DNA of 64,000 nt from Octopus bimaculoides (Eukaryota): positions 70,639,582-70,703,581 of the forward strand of contig NC_068990.1 in the NCBI RefSeq assembly GCF_001194135.2, given 5' to 3'. The position numbers were made by a program, and so were the translations under genes. Shown here piece after piece: positions 11,562-21,889 of the stretch. The notes under the pieces were generated by a model. The model ran no database searches, was not told the origin of the DNA, and saw only the letters and a list, made by a program, of their open reading frames with translations. The first letter of the stretch is position 1; the number at the start of each line of letters is the position of its first letter.

Positions 11562-12204
11562 GTAATGTCAAACTGTTTCCATCAACTTTTATGCACACAC
11601 ACACACATACACACTCTCCCCTTCTCTTCCATACACTTTCCATCATTCACTCTCTTATTCATATGTATGTGTGTCCCCTATTTCCAATGGTTTTGTGTTA
11701 AACAACATTTTTTCAAGTATAAATGAAATGAAAGCAAATTAAAATAATCCCAGATCAAATTAAATTAAATATATTTCGATAACATTATAGTAGACTCTTT
11801 GTTTTGAATTGTCTGAACTTACATTGATCGATGTTAAATGTGAATTTACTTCATCATTGTGTTTATTTAGTCATTCTTGGAGTAGTGATACCAGGTCACA
11901 ATCATGAAGTGTTAACCAAGGAATTAAGTGAGGGTTCTGTACCAAAAATTACAAGGCAAATTTGAATGGCTGGAACAGACTATTTATGGACCTAGTAAGA
12001 AGTGGTTCTTTCAAAATTAAAGTGGGTTGTGATTTTTTTTTTCTAAAGATGGGATCCAGCTGATTGTCACAGACCTCACTTCAAACGATTCCCATTAACT
12101 CAAAGATGTTTTGATACTTTTTCAACAAATGTTTGTTAGTCAAAATGAAACAAATTTATTACTCATTAGATAAAGACATCAGAAATACTTTTGACAGCGT
12201 TACT

Positions 12205-15200
12205 TCATCATCATCATCATCATCGTTTAACGTCCGCTTTCCATGCTAGCATGGGTTGGACGATTTGACTGAGGACTGGTGAAACCGGATGGCAACACCA
12301 GACTCCAATCTAATTTGGCAGAGTTTCTACAGCTGGATGCCCTTCCTAACGCCAACCACTCAGAGTGTAGTGGGTGCTTTTACGTGTCACCCGCACGAAA
12401 ACGGCCACGCTCGAAATGGTGTCTTTTATGTGCCNNNNNNNNNNNNNNNNNNNNNNNNNNNNNNNNNNNNNNNNNNNNNNNNNNNNNNNNNNNNNNNNNN
12501 NNNNNNNNNNNNNNNNNNNNNNNNNNNNNNNNNNNNNNNNNNNNNNNNNNNNNNNNNNNNNNNNNNNNNNNNNNNNNNNNNNNNNNNNNNNNNNNNNNNN
12601 NNNNNNNNNNNNNNNNNNNNNNNNNNNNNNNNNNNNNNNNNNNNNNNNNNNNNNNNNNNNNNNNNNNNNNNNNNNNNNNNNNNNNNNNNNNNNNNNNNNN
12701 NNNNNNNNNNNNNNNNNNNNNNNNNNNNNNNNNNNNNNNNNNNNNNNNNNNNNNNNNNNNNNNNNNNNNNNNNNNNNNNNNNNNNNNNNNNNNNNNNNNN
12801 NNNNNNNNNNNNNNNNNNNNNNNNNNNNNNNNNNNNNNNNNNNNNNNNNNNNNNNNNNNNNNNNNNNNNNNNNNNNNNNNNNNNNNNNNNNNNNNNNNNN
12901 NNNNNNNNNNNNNNNNNNNNNNNNNNNNNNNNNNNNNNNNNNNNNNNNNNNNNNNNNNNNNNNNNNNNNNNNNNNNNNNNNNNNNNNNNNNNNNNNNNNN
13001 NNNNNNNNNNNNNNNNNNNNNNNNNNNNNNNNNNNNNNNNNNNNNNNNNNNNNNNNNNNNNNNNNNNNNNNNNNNNNNNNNNNNNNNNNNNNNNNNNNNN
13101 NNNNNNNNNNNNNNNNNNNNNNNNNNNNNNNNNNNNNNNNNNNNNNNNNNNNNNNNNNNNNNNNNNNNNNNNNNNNNNNNNNNNNNNNNNNNNNNNNNNN
13201 NNNNNNNNNNNNNNNNNNNNNNNNNNNNNNNNNNNNNNNNNNNNNNNNNNNNNNNNNNNNNNNNNNNNNNNNNNNNNNNNNNNNNNNNNNNNNNNNNNNN
13301 NNNNNNNNNNNNNNNNNNNNNNNNNNNNNNNNNNNNNNNNNNNNNNNNNNNNNNNNNNNNNNNNNNNNNNNNNNNNNNNNNNNNNNNNNNNNNNNNNNNN
13401 NNNNNNNNNNNNNNNNNNNNNNNNNNCTCACTAGAAATAAGGCATCAGTAGTGCTTTTACCTGGCACGAACTCAAACTGCATCTCATTTAAATTGATTCG
13501 CTCCCTAATTAGTTGGGCTATGACCCTCTCTGTAACTTTCATAACCTGATCTAACAGCTTGATGCCTCTGTAATTATTTGTATCTAAAGCGTCACCTTTA
13601 CCTTTGTAGCGTCACCTTTACCTTTGTAGTCATTGGGTACGACTCCTTCGTGTATCACCTGGTTCGTAATACGGGTGACTAGGCTATAGCCAACACTGCC
13701 AGATATTTTGAGCATCTCTGCAGTGATACCTGATGGGCCGGGGGCTTTCCCAGTCTTCATACTCTTAATTGCTTTATCTACCCTGGTACTATCAACGCGG
13801 ATAGCTGGTCCCTCTATTGGGTCGACATACGGCAGGCTCTCTTCCTCCCATTCATTCTCTTTATTAAGCAATCTATCGTAGTGGCATCTCCAGACCTCTT
13901 TCTTTACATCATTTAGTGCAAGCGTACCATCATCCATGCGAACACATTTCTCTCCTANNNNNNNNNNNNNNNNNNNNNNNNNNNNNNNNNNNNNNNNNNN
14001 NNNNNNNNNNNNNNNNNNNNNNNNNNNNNNNNNNNNNNNNNNNNNNNNNNNNNNNNNNNNNNNNNNNNNNNNNNNNNNNNNNNNNNNNNNNNNNNNNNNN
14101 NNNNNNNNNNNNNNNNNNNNNNNNNNNNNNNNNNNNNNNNNNNNNNNNNNNNNNNNNNNNNNNNNNNNNNNNNNNNNNNNNNNNNNNNNNNNNNNNNNNN
14201 NNNNNNNNNNNNNNNNNNNNNNNNNNNNNNNNNNNNNNNNNNNNNNNNNNNNNNNNNNNNNNNNNNNNNNNNNNNNNNNNNNNNNNNNNNNNNNNNNNNN
14301 NNNNNNNNNNNNNNNNNNNNNNNNNNNNNNNNNNNNNNNNNNNNNNNNNNNNNNNNNNNNNNNNNNNNNNNNNNNNNNNNNNNNNNNNNNNNNNNNNNNN
14401 NNNNNNNNNNNNNNNNNNNNNNNNNNNNNNNNNNNNNNNNNNNNNNNNNNNNNNNNNNNNNNNNNNNNNNNNNNNNNNNNNNNNNNNNNNNNNNNNNNNN
14501 NNNNNNNNNNNNNNNNNNNNNNNNNNNNNNNNNNNNNNNNNNNNNNNNNNNNNNNNNNNNNNNNNNNNNNNNNNNNNNNNNNNNNNNNNNNNNNNNNNNN
14601 NNNNNNNNNNNNNNNNNNNNNNNNNNNNNNNNNNNNNNNNNNNNNNNNNNNNNNNNNNNNNNNNNNNNNNNNNNNNNNNNNNNNNNNNNNNNNNNNNNNN
14701 NNNNNNNNNNNNNNNNNNNNNNNNNNNNNNNNNNNNNNNNNNNNNNNNNNNNNNNNNNNNNNNNNNNNNNNNNNNNNNNNNNNNNNNNNNNNNNNNNNNN
14801 NNNNNNNNNNNNNNNNNNNNNNNNNNNNNNNNNNNNNNNNNNNNNNNNNNNNNNNNNNNNNNNNNNNNNNNNNNNNNNNNNNNNNNNNNNNNNNNNNGCC
14901 ATAGCCTCTATGTATGCCATGGAAGCCTCCAGCCACAAAGAGAAGGTCCCTGTCACTCGTTGACGAGGTAGTTTGCAAGAGGGTGTCATAGAATTGGTCT
15001 TTCAGAACATCTGGTAGCCCCGGTTGAGGTGCATAGGCTGAGATGACAGTAGCTAATCTATGATGAAGCACTAGTTTAATCTTAAGTACTCTGTCACTTA
15101 CTCTAACGACCTCGATTACCTTATCCACCCATTTCTCCGCTAGAAGTATTCCTACGCCCCCCGACCCCGTCAGTGTTCCCTGCCCAGAAAATCTTGTACC

Positions 15201-15244
15201 TGTGTTCTTTGCCTGTGAGGAACCTCGCAGAACCTCCTCTCCAG
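12205..15244 (-). mobile_element. RTE LINE, ~3 kb with internal deletions and two assembly gaps, antisense in the last UBA6 intron
   Basis: APE endonuclease motifs WRGGSARFLTGKEHRYKIFWAG and VISAYAPQPG, RT-proximal KAPGPSGITAEMLK and MQFEFVPGKSTTDA, and a (GAT)n-tailed 3'UTR at 12205-12434. Confidence 0.85.
12435..13426. other. Assembly gap (N-run); further gaps at 13958-14897, 27492-27552, 38126-39047, 49285-49294, 56909-57723
   Basis: Runs of n in the sequence. Confidence 1.
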
Positions 15245-15368
15245 CTGACTATTTTAATTTGCTTTGAGATTATTCTAACTTGTACTTGAAAAGGAAGAGC
15301 AGTACTTTTATCAAAACTATTTTCAATACCAAGTTTAGCTAAAGGTTTTCTCATCTCTTTAATTTCAG

Positions 15369-15489
15369 CATGATAAAACTAATCAAACCATTAGCACAGC
15401 AAACGTATGTCGACCTAATTGTGTCTCTGGAATCAGAGGAAGATGAAGACATTCCTGGACCACCTCTACGCTACTATTTTGGATTATGA
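15369..15489 (+). CDS. UBA6: UBA6 terminal coding exon (MIKLIKPLAQQTYVDLIVSLESEEDEDIPGPPLRYYFGL*)
   Basis: tttcag acceptor, phase 2. Matches the UBA6 C-terminus YVDLTVSF...DEDLPGPPVRYYF. TGA at 15487-15489. Confidence 0.95.
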
Positions 15490-15550
15490 TAATTAACCTA
15501 AATTTTAAAGAATTCAAAGTTATAATTGTTGACAAATTCTGTAGATGTCA

Positions 15551-15556
15551 AATAAA
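15551..15556 (+). promoter_or_regulatory. Candidate UBA6 polyadenylation signal AATAAA (another at 15624-15629)
   Basis: Hexamer 62 nt after the stop codon. Usage unverified. Confidence 0.45.
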
Positions 15557-15786
15557 TACTGAATCAAAGCTGGTGTGTTATGTAAATCTTTTGTGAGTTA
15601 TTTTCCATCAACAAAGAAACATCAATAAAAGTGATGTTTCATTTTAAGAAATGTTATTAAAGTAAGAACTCATCAGTTATTACTGAATTAGTATTTATCT
15701 GTTTTAATATAGTTAACCCATTGTTTTAAATTATTGTTTGACAGAGAAAAAGAAATACACTTGAATTCCAGGAAGTTCTAGAATAA

Positions 15787-15792
15787 TTTATT
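15787..15792 (-). promoter_or_regulatory. Candidate IFT46 polyadenylation signal AATAAA
   Basis: tttatt on +, about 530 nt past the IFT46 stop. Usage unverified. Confidence 0.35.
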
Positions 15793-16317
15793 TCATAAAT
15801 ATCAGTGAGGTTGGATCAGATGGAAAGTCAACTGAAATAATAATGTTAAAACAAATGGATGGATTCATTTCTATAAATGTAGTGAAATGGGAACTTATGT
15901 AAGGTAGGTGGTTGAGATGAAAGTGTGGTTTAGAAAGGCCTCTAATTAGGAAATAAGTTGAGAAGAAAGGAAAGTGTTTCATTCTTGTTTGCAGAACGGA
16001 TGTAAATTATTGAGAGAGAAATGGAAGGAAGTAAAAATAAAACAGTTTTATGTAAATGGCAGGAAGGTGGTTGATGAGAGCAAACTGTTGCTTACGAGGA
16101 TACCATGTAAAGAAACTAGTGATGATCTACATCAATAAACTTGTAGCAGTTTGTGGTCAACTTCAGTAGCCAGTCATCATTAAACTTTATCGAACTCTCC
16201 TCCAGCTTCTTATCTTTGGTAGTAAGGCCCCTGTAATGTTAATAAAAACCTGGTTTACTATTTAACATCTTTGAATATTGCAAAATAATAAATCTATTAT
16301 ATGTCTTTCTTTGGTGA

Positions 16318-16419
16318 TTAATTGCCATTTGGAGCTTCATTATCTCCCTCCAAGACTAATTGTTCATTGGGATTGGCTTCTTTCTTCATTTTGTATTCCT
16401 GGGCCAATGTCTGAAAATG
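16318..16419 (-). CDS. IFT46: IFT46 terminal coding exon (HFQTLAQEYKMKKEANPNEQLVLEGDNEAPNGN*)
   Basis: Strong pyrimidine tract plus CAG acceptor, phase 0. HFQTLA continues the conserved NSQ|HFKALA. TAA at 16318-16320. Confidence 0.88.
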   Translation of the reverse strand, partial: HFQTLAQEYKMKKEANPNEQLVLEGDNEAPNGN

Positions 16420-16573
16420 CTGTCAGAATAAAAGAAAAGATATTTTTTTCAGATTTCTTATGCAAAAGATGACAAAACTAGTTGATAATTAAAATTAATG
16501 AACCTATGTAAGGATATTTGAGAAGGATATTGATATTTAATAGAAAATAAAATAATTTGAGATGTACTTATAG

Positions 16574-16838
16574 TGGAAGATGTTTATAAGTCATTTAAGA
16601 ACACAGAAAAATCCATTAGATTCACTTCAACATCTAAATTTAATTTGTGTCAAAATATTTTCATCGTTTTGAAACCACGACCTGTTCACTGACAAAACTT
16701 CAGGCTGCACGGAATTTTGTCAGTGAACAGGTCGTGGTTTCAAAACGATGAAAATATTTCGACACAAATTAAATTTAAATGTTGAAGTGAACCTAACGGT
16801 TTTTTGCATGTTCTTAGATGGCTTATAAACATCTTCCA
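16574..16838. repeat. Long inverted repeat / fold-back (~125-bp arms, 17-nt loop)
   Basis: 16653-16697 is the exact reverse complement of 16715-16759. Outer arms still align, with scattered mismatches. Confidence 0.95.
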
Positions 16839-16909
16839 TGCTGCAGTTGTTAAAATAATCTGAATATCTAATATAGGTACAATGCTTCCAATGTGGGTGG
16901 ATGAGAGTA

Positions 16910-17045
16910 GGATATCTCGCCAATGCAATGTACAGATGTAAACATCAGTAAGAAAACTAACAAAAATGGTACTAGTCAAAAGAAGTCCTTTATATTTGTA
17001 GTGCACTAAGTAACAGATACTCCCTTATCACTCAGGAACAGTTAA
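16910..17045. repeat. Left copy of a 136-bp inverted repeat (partner 19435-19570)
   Basis: 134/136 identical to the reverse complement of 19435-19570. The ORF track shows the same peptide start (MHYKYKGLLLTSTIF...) on opposite strands. Confidence 0.95.
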
Positions 17046-17444
17046 CCAGTAAGTGACCCAGTGCTCACAAATTGTATCAAAAGAAATTTATAAAAAACAG
17101 TTCACTGAATAAATTTCTAGAAGGATAACAGGGAAAGTTGACCTTGGTACAATTAAAACTTGAAACATAGATAAGTGTGGAGCAGAAGAATATATATAGG
17201 GGAGGGTGAGATAAATAATAAATATGAAAGTTGTTAAAGCTGACAAAAGTGAAGTTAGAGATGTTAAAGTCTAATTATTGCTAAGATAAATGTAAATTAA
17301 TGAGGAAGAAGAGGAGGCAGAGGCTTTTCTCTGAATATTTAATTTGATAAAAGAAAATGTGACAAGTGTTTTTTATTAGAACAGACAGCAGTTCACAATT
17401 ATTACATTAATGAATTACAAAGATGACACTGATTAAAAAGAGAA

Positions 17445-18125
17445 AGTGTATTATCCTCATTGCCAATGACACCCTACTGCAATGTAGAAAGATGTACGCT
17501 AATGAAACCCTGTTAGATCTATCACAAACAAAACAACCACACAGTGCCATATTTGATAGAGTTTAAAGGTTTTAGGTCTTGAGTTGTTATTAATGATGCC
17601 AACTATTTAAAGCATCATGGCAATATAAATTAGATTTATTTTTCATAGTGTGTCACAAACTCTGAACTTTACTTATAGTTTAGGTGTGTTACAAGGTTAC
17701 AGCATTACAAAGCAGCAAATAGAAGCTATTAAAATGTTGGATAGAATGCTTCATGATGTCCTGAATCTCTGTACTTGAGGTCAGACAACAAAAAATAAAG
17801 CAACCAATCCAAGGGGTGTAACTGTTGGAATGTTGAATATGGTACATTGTTGTGTCTGCTTTATCCCTTCACTTTCTGATAACAAATGCTTGCAGTGAAA
17901 CAGGTACCAAAATGCATTCCTGAGCCACTGTCAGTCCTCCACAAAAACACCTTGCCCAGGCATGAACATACAGATGCAGAGAATTTGGTCAATAGTGACT
18001 GACAGACGTCTCTAGTGTATTATTTATCACTGCCAATGACAGCCTATTGCAATGTAGAAAAATAAAATCTATCTTGTACAATGTTAGATTTAATCACTAA
18101 TATAAAACAACCACACAGTACCATA
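17445..18125. repeat. Diverged ~110-bp direct duplication (17445-17551 and 18014-18125)
   Basis: Shared agtgtatta..tgccaatgaca.ccta.tgcaatgtagaaa..tgttagat..aaaacaaccacacagt.ccata, with 569-bp spacing. Confidence 0.8.
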
Positions 18126-18349
18126 ACATAATGCCAAAATATAAAGATAATGATGGAGTCACCAGAGACTTGGTTAACTTGCTAAAAATAGCAGCCTAAT
18201 TTCCCTCAAATCACAATGCTTGAAAAGTTAAGGACACTAGTAAAATGATGATTGGAATGACTATTCAAAAGTCCCTTCAATCAGGGATGTCCTGGAACTA
18301 AACAACAAGGATCATCAGAGACTAAAGATTGATAGAAACAATGACTCAC

Positions 18350-18511
18350 TTGAGAATTCTGGAATTCATTGTACAAAGTAAAGAGAACATGGAGAGCTTG
18401 GATCATATCATTGTTGTGGCTGGTCTGATACACTGGTATGTCTAATATACAACAAATAGCTCGAATATAGTCAGCCAAGCTGGTATCCATACTGGCACTC
18501 GGCAATGACAC
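18350..18511 (-). CDS. IFT46: IFT46 exon (VSLPSASMDTSLADYIRAICCILDIPVY...LHVLFTLYNEFQNSQ)
   Basis: TAG acceptor and GTGAGT donor. 162 nt, phase 0-0. Matches IFT46 ICAILDIPVY...LHLLFSLYSEFKNSQ. Confidence 0.95.
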
Positions 18512-18899
18512 CTACAATACAATGGAAACAGGAGACAACAGGAATTGTTTTAGATATAAAAGAAAATAAATTAAACTTTCTGTTCACATTAATTACTTTT
18601 CTAGATTTAGTCTTAAATTTAAGTCTTTATGGAAGAAAATGTAGTAAATATCTTTACATATTGGACATTAATCATATTGTAGAATTTATGAATGAACAAA
18701 ACTGGTTCTTTGAGGTAATATCACTACTATCTTTGGACAGAAATATCATCAGGTTCATTAGAATCTAATTACTATTTTAGAAAAAATAGGCTAGTAAGCA
18801 GGGAAGCAGACAAATTACTAATCTCTTCAGTGTAGCCAGTGCAAGGTATGGACACATAAGAGATGTAGTGGAATTGCAGGAAGATTAAGAAGAGAAAGT

Positions 18900-19290
18900 A
18901 GCACTTGTATGTGGCAGAGGTGCAAGGAAAAATGAGCATTAAGAATGTACAGGAAATAGATTCCTTCAGATACCCAGAAGGATCCTTAGAGGTAATAGAT
19001 AATTTTTGTTACCTAGAAGACCAAATCAATGGTGGAGGAGGATGCTCCGAAAGTATTGTTATTAGAATAAGTACTGACTAGCCAAAGTTCAGAGAGCTAT
19101 TACCTTTGTTGGTAACAAATGGCCTATCCCTCAGAGTGAAAGACAGATTATATGATGCCTCCATAGAAACAGCTATGCTACATGGTAGTGAAACCTAGTC
19201 TGAAAATGCAGAAGATATGTGAAGGCTTGAAAGAAATGAAGCCAGTGTGTTCCACTGGAAATGCAATGTCTGATGTCAGGCTGCACCAAA
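18900..19290 (+). mobile_element. RTE LINE C-terminal fragment
   Basis: Degraded LEVIDNFCYLEDQI..GGGCSES..KFRELLPLL..LSLRVKDRLYDA..MLHGSET. Confidence 0.75.
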
Positions 19291-19434
19291 ACATCACATA
19301 GTTTTAGGAAAAATCCAGGATCAATGCACTGCTCATGAAGACTAAGGCCTTGACACAAGAAACACATAAAATTAGAACATTAATATTGCCATTTACCACA
19401 TGTATTTTAACCATGTCTTAGTCACATAGATATC

Positions 19435-19570
19435 TTAACTGTTCCTGGGTGATAAGGGAGTATCTGTTACTTAGTGCACTACAAATATAAAGGACTTCTT
19501 TTGACTAGTACCATTTTTGTTAGTTTTCTTACTGATGTTTACATCTGTACATTGCATTGGCAAGATATCC
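19435..19570. repeat. Right copy of the 136-bp inverted repeat; homology resumes at 19754-19802 after a SINE insertion (~19600-19742)
   Basis: Reverse complement of 16910-17045. 19754-19802 matches the reverse complement of 16813-16868 with a short deletion. Confidence 0.9.
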
Positions 19571-20084
19571 ATGTGCACATGTTGCAGGCTTCACACATAC
19601 TCCATCCACCAAATTCCGTTCACAAAGTATCAGTCAACCAACAATATGGTAGAAGACATTTGCCCCAGAAACCGTACAGTGGGATAGAACCTGAAACCAC
19701 TTGGTTGTAAAACAAACTGCTTAACCATTCAGCCACACCTATGAGGTTATTTAATATTCAGATTATTTTAACAATTACAGCATGGAAGATAAGCCATCTA
19801 AGGTTTAAGATAATCTCATAAGATAAAGCTAACTGCAGAAAGTACCAGTGTAAAGTGGTAAATTTATTTTGTTTTTCTACTTCATTGTTTAACTAAAATA
19901 ATCTTCCATTGTCCTCAGATCCTTAAGTTTTAAACATACAGCTTTATATTCACAAAAACAGGGCACCTGAAGATTGAGCTTACACAATGAAAACACTGCC
20001 TACACAAACAACATTGAATTACGGTTTCATTTCTCAAAACTATAAAAACATCATAAACTAAATTCTAAGAGTTCAAAGATTTAA

Positions 20085-20264
20085 CCAGTTTATTACAATA
20101 TTTCCATTAAAATACACTGTTAATTAATTTCGAAAATAATGAAGAATTTAGTAAAATAATTTTGTCACCATTAAGCAAGTGAAATTTTTCATGGAAGATT
20201 TTAATTCAAATCACTTTAAAACAGGAAGTTTGAATCATAGAACCAGGGATTGGTATCAAAAGGG
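20085..20264. mobile_element. piggyBac-type MITE (same family as 40967-41188)
   Basis: TTAA flanks, right end ggtatcaaaagggTTAA, shared internal aagaatttagtaaaataa and gaagattttaattca. Confidence 0.6.
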
Positions 20265-20381
20265 TTAAAGTAAAATATATGAAGTTTTCTTCAAAACACA
20301 TGACAGAAATAACTGCAAGTATGTCCACAGTTTGACATTTCTTAGAATATAAATGGTAGGGATGACCAAAAGATAACCTAC

Positions 20382-20448
20382 TTCTTTAAGTAATTCTTCC
20401 AACTCGGATGGCCATTCCTGCATCAGGCTGTCTATTGGAGGCATATTC
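20382..20448 (-). CDS. IFT46: IFT46 exon (NMPPIDSLMQEWPSELEELLKE)
   Basis: ttccag acceptor and GTAGGT donor. Phase 2 to 0. Matches PMPDIDTLMQEWSPEFEELL. Confidence 0.95.
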
Positions 20449-20644
20449 CTGGAATATATAAAAAAAAAACAATACAAATTAACAAATAATTTAAGGAGGT
20501 TCTGTTGAATTTGTCCATAGCCTTTTATTTTACAGGGTACAACATTCTATGGTTGGTATAAATAACTGCAACTTAAATATGTAACCTTGTGCAATAATAA
20601 TAATAATAATAACAACAACAACAACAATAGTTATTATAATTATT

Positions 20645-21682
20645 ATTATTACCTCTGCCTTAGCAAAGGCAGGAGTATTGTTTGCAGTTGTGTTTGTTTG
20701 TTTGTTTGTCTGTGGACAAGATATCTCAAGAACCGCTGGATGGATTCAGATAAAACTTTCAGAGATGTTTGGCCTTGTGACTGGCACGAACTGATTAGAT
20801 TTTGAGATTGATCCAGTACCAGACAAGGATTCTGGATTATTTGTTATACTCACTTTACTTTACATGAAGTATTATGATCTTACATTGACTTTCAAGTCTT
20901 TCTTTGATTATCTCCATTGAAAACACACTCATGGTTTCCATGTAAGTTATGGCAGCGTTGCTGTATCCAAAATTTTATTTTCGTTTATTATTAATTTTAT
21001 TCATATCTCTATTTTAGTAGAAACTGATGGATAAAGAAATCAAAGTACATAAACAAATGGCAGCAAAACCATTCAGAAATTAAATAACACTAACATATCC
21101 AGTAACAATAATAAATTTAATTTGTCCTTGACAATTTTTAGTTCTACCAATTTTGAATATATCGCTCCTGTTTAAAATCTCTTACCTCAATTGCATTTCT
21201 AGCTCTGCCTTAGCTTTACTTCCTGAACTCAGGTTTTTGTGTGCAACAATGTTGTTAAACCTCCAATAACAGCACTGTATGCAGGTCCTTTCATGCATAG
21301 ATAAATTTTTTACTATAGACCTTAATGGTTGTAAAGACACTATATCAGTGAATAGACTAAAAAAGGCCTTCATAGAGAAAACTGTGCCTGTTCCCACTGC
21401 AAATGACACACACACACAGCATTATAAACAAACCCCGCATACCCACATTTACATTTCATGACTACCATTGGGATCAATCAGGTACCGGAGAAAGAATTCT
21501 GGATTATTTTTCAGGATTTTTTACTTAATTTTTGAGAGCAGTCAGGTTCATTTTCAGTATTCTCGTTTGTAATAGCAATCAAGTTTATTTCAGATATTCT
21601 CATTTTAAAAATCATCTCCAGCTAATCGTTGAAAGGAGATTGGCGTTGCCTTGGCAGAGGTTTGTGCTCTCTGAGTGCTCTT
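20645..21682 (+). mobile_element. Non-autonomous Helentron (HINE/DINE-1-like) element
   Basis: Subterminal inverted repeats ACCTCTGCC (20651-20659) and GGCAGAGGT (21653-21661). (GTTT)n microsatellite after the 5' subTIR, 3' short hairpin gtgctctctgagtgc, T-rich flanks, repeated core gattctggattattt. Confidence 0.65.
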
Positions 21683-21889
21683 ATTATTATTATAAATCAA
21701 TTAATTAAATTGACATAACTCTTCATGAAGGTAAATACACAATAAAAAGATTGCACTTCTTATTGTGTAATTATTATTGTCATGATATTGTTATTATTAT
21801 TATTATTATTATTACCATATGCTCTGCAGTATTTAGTTACATTCATTAAAATCCCTCCGAAGTCAATAAAGTACTGAGGTGTCACAAAC

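Noticed and set aside
12279-15128. Long 300-500 aa ORFs in the ORF track (also at 38075-39088 and 56533-57848)
   Set aside because: They run through N gaps translated as X; the real parts are TE fragments or microsatellite.
16201-16240. Alternative last-exon acceptor (tacag|GGG CCT TAC TAC CAA AGA TAA) for IFT46
   Set aside because: The exon at 16318-16419 continues the conserved HF motif; this site lies in the 3'UTR and has no homology support.
17780-17890. Open frame HLLSESEGIK...FFVV* as the IFT46 last exon
   Set aside because: Poor acceptor and no similarity to IFT46; a better exon exists at 16318-16419.
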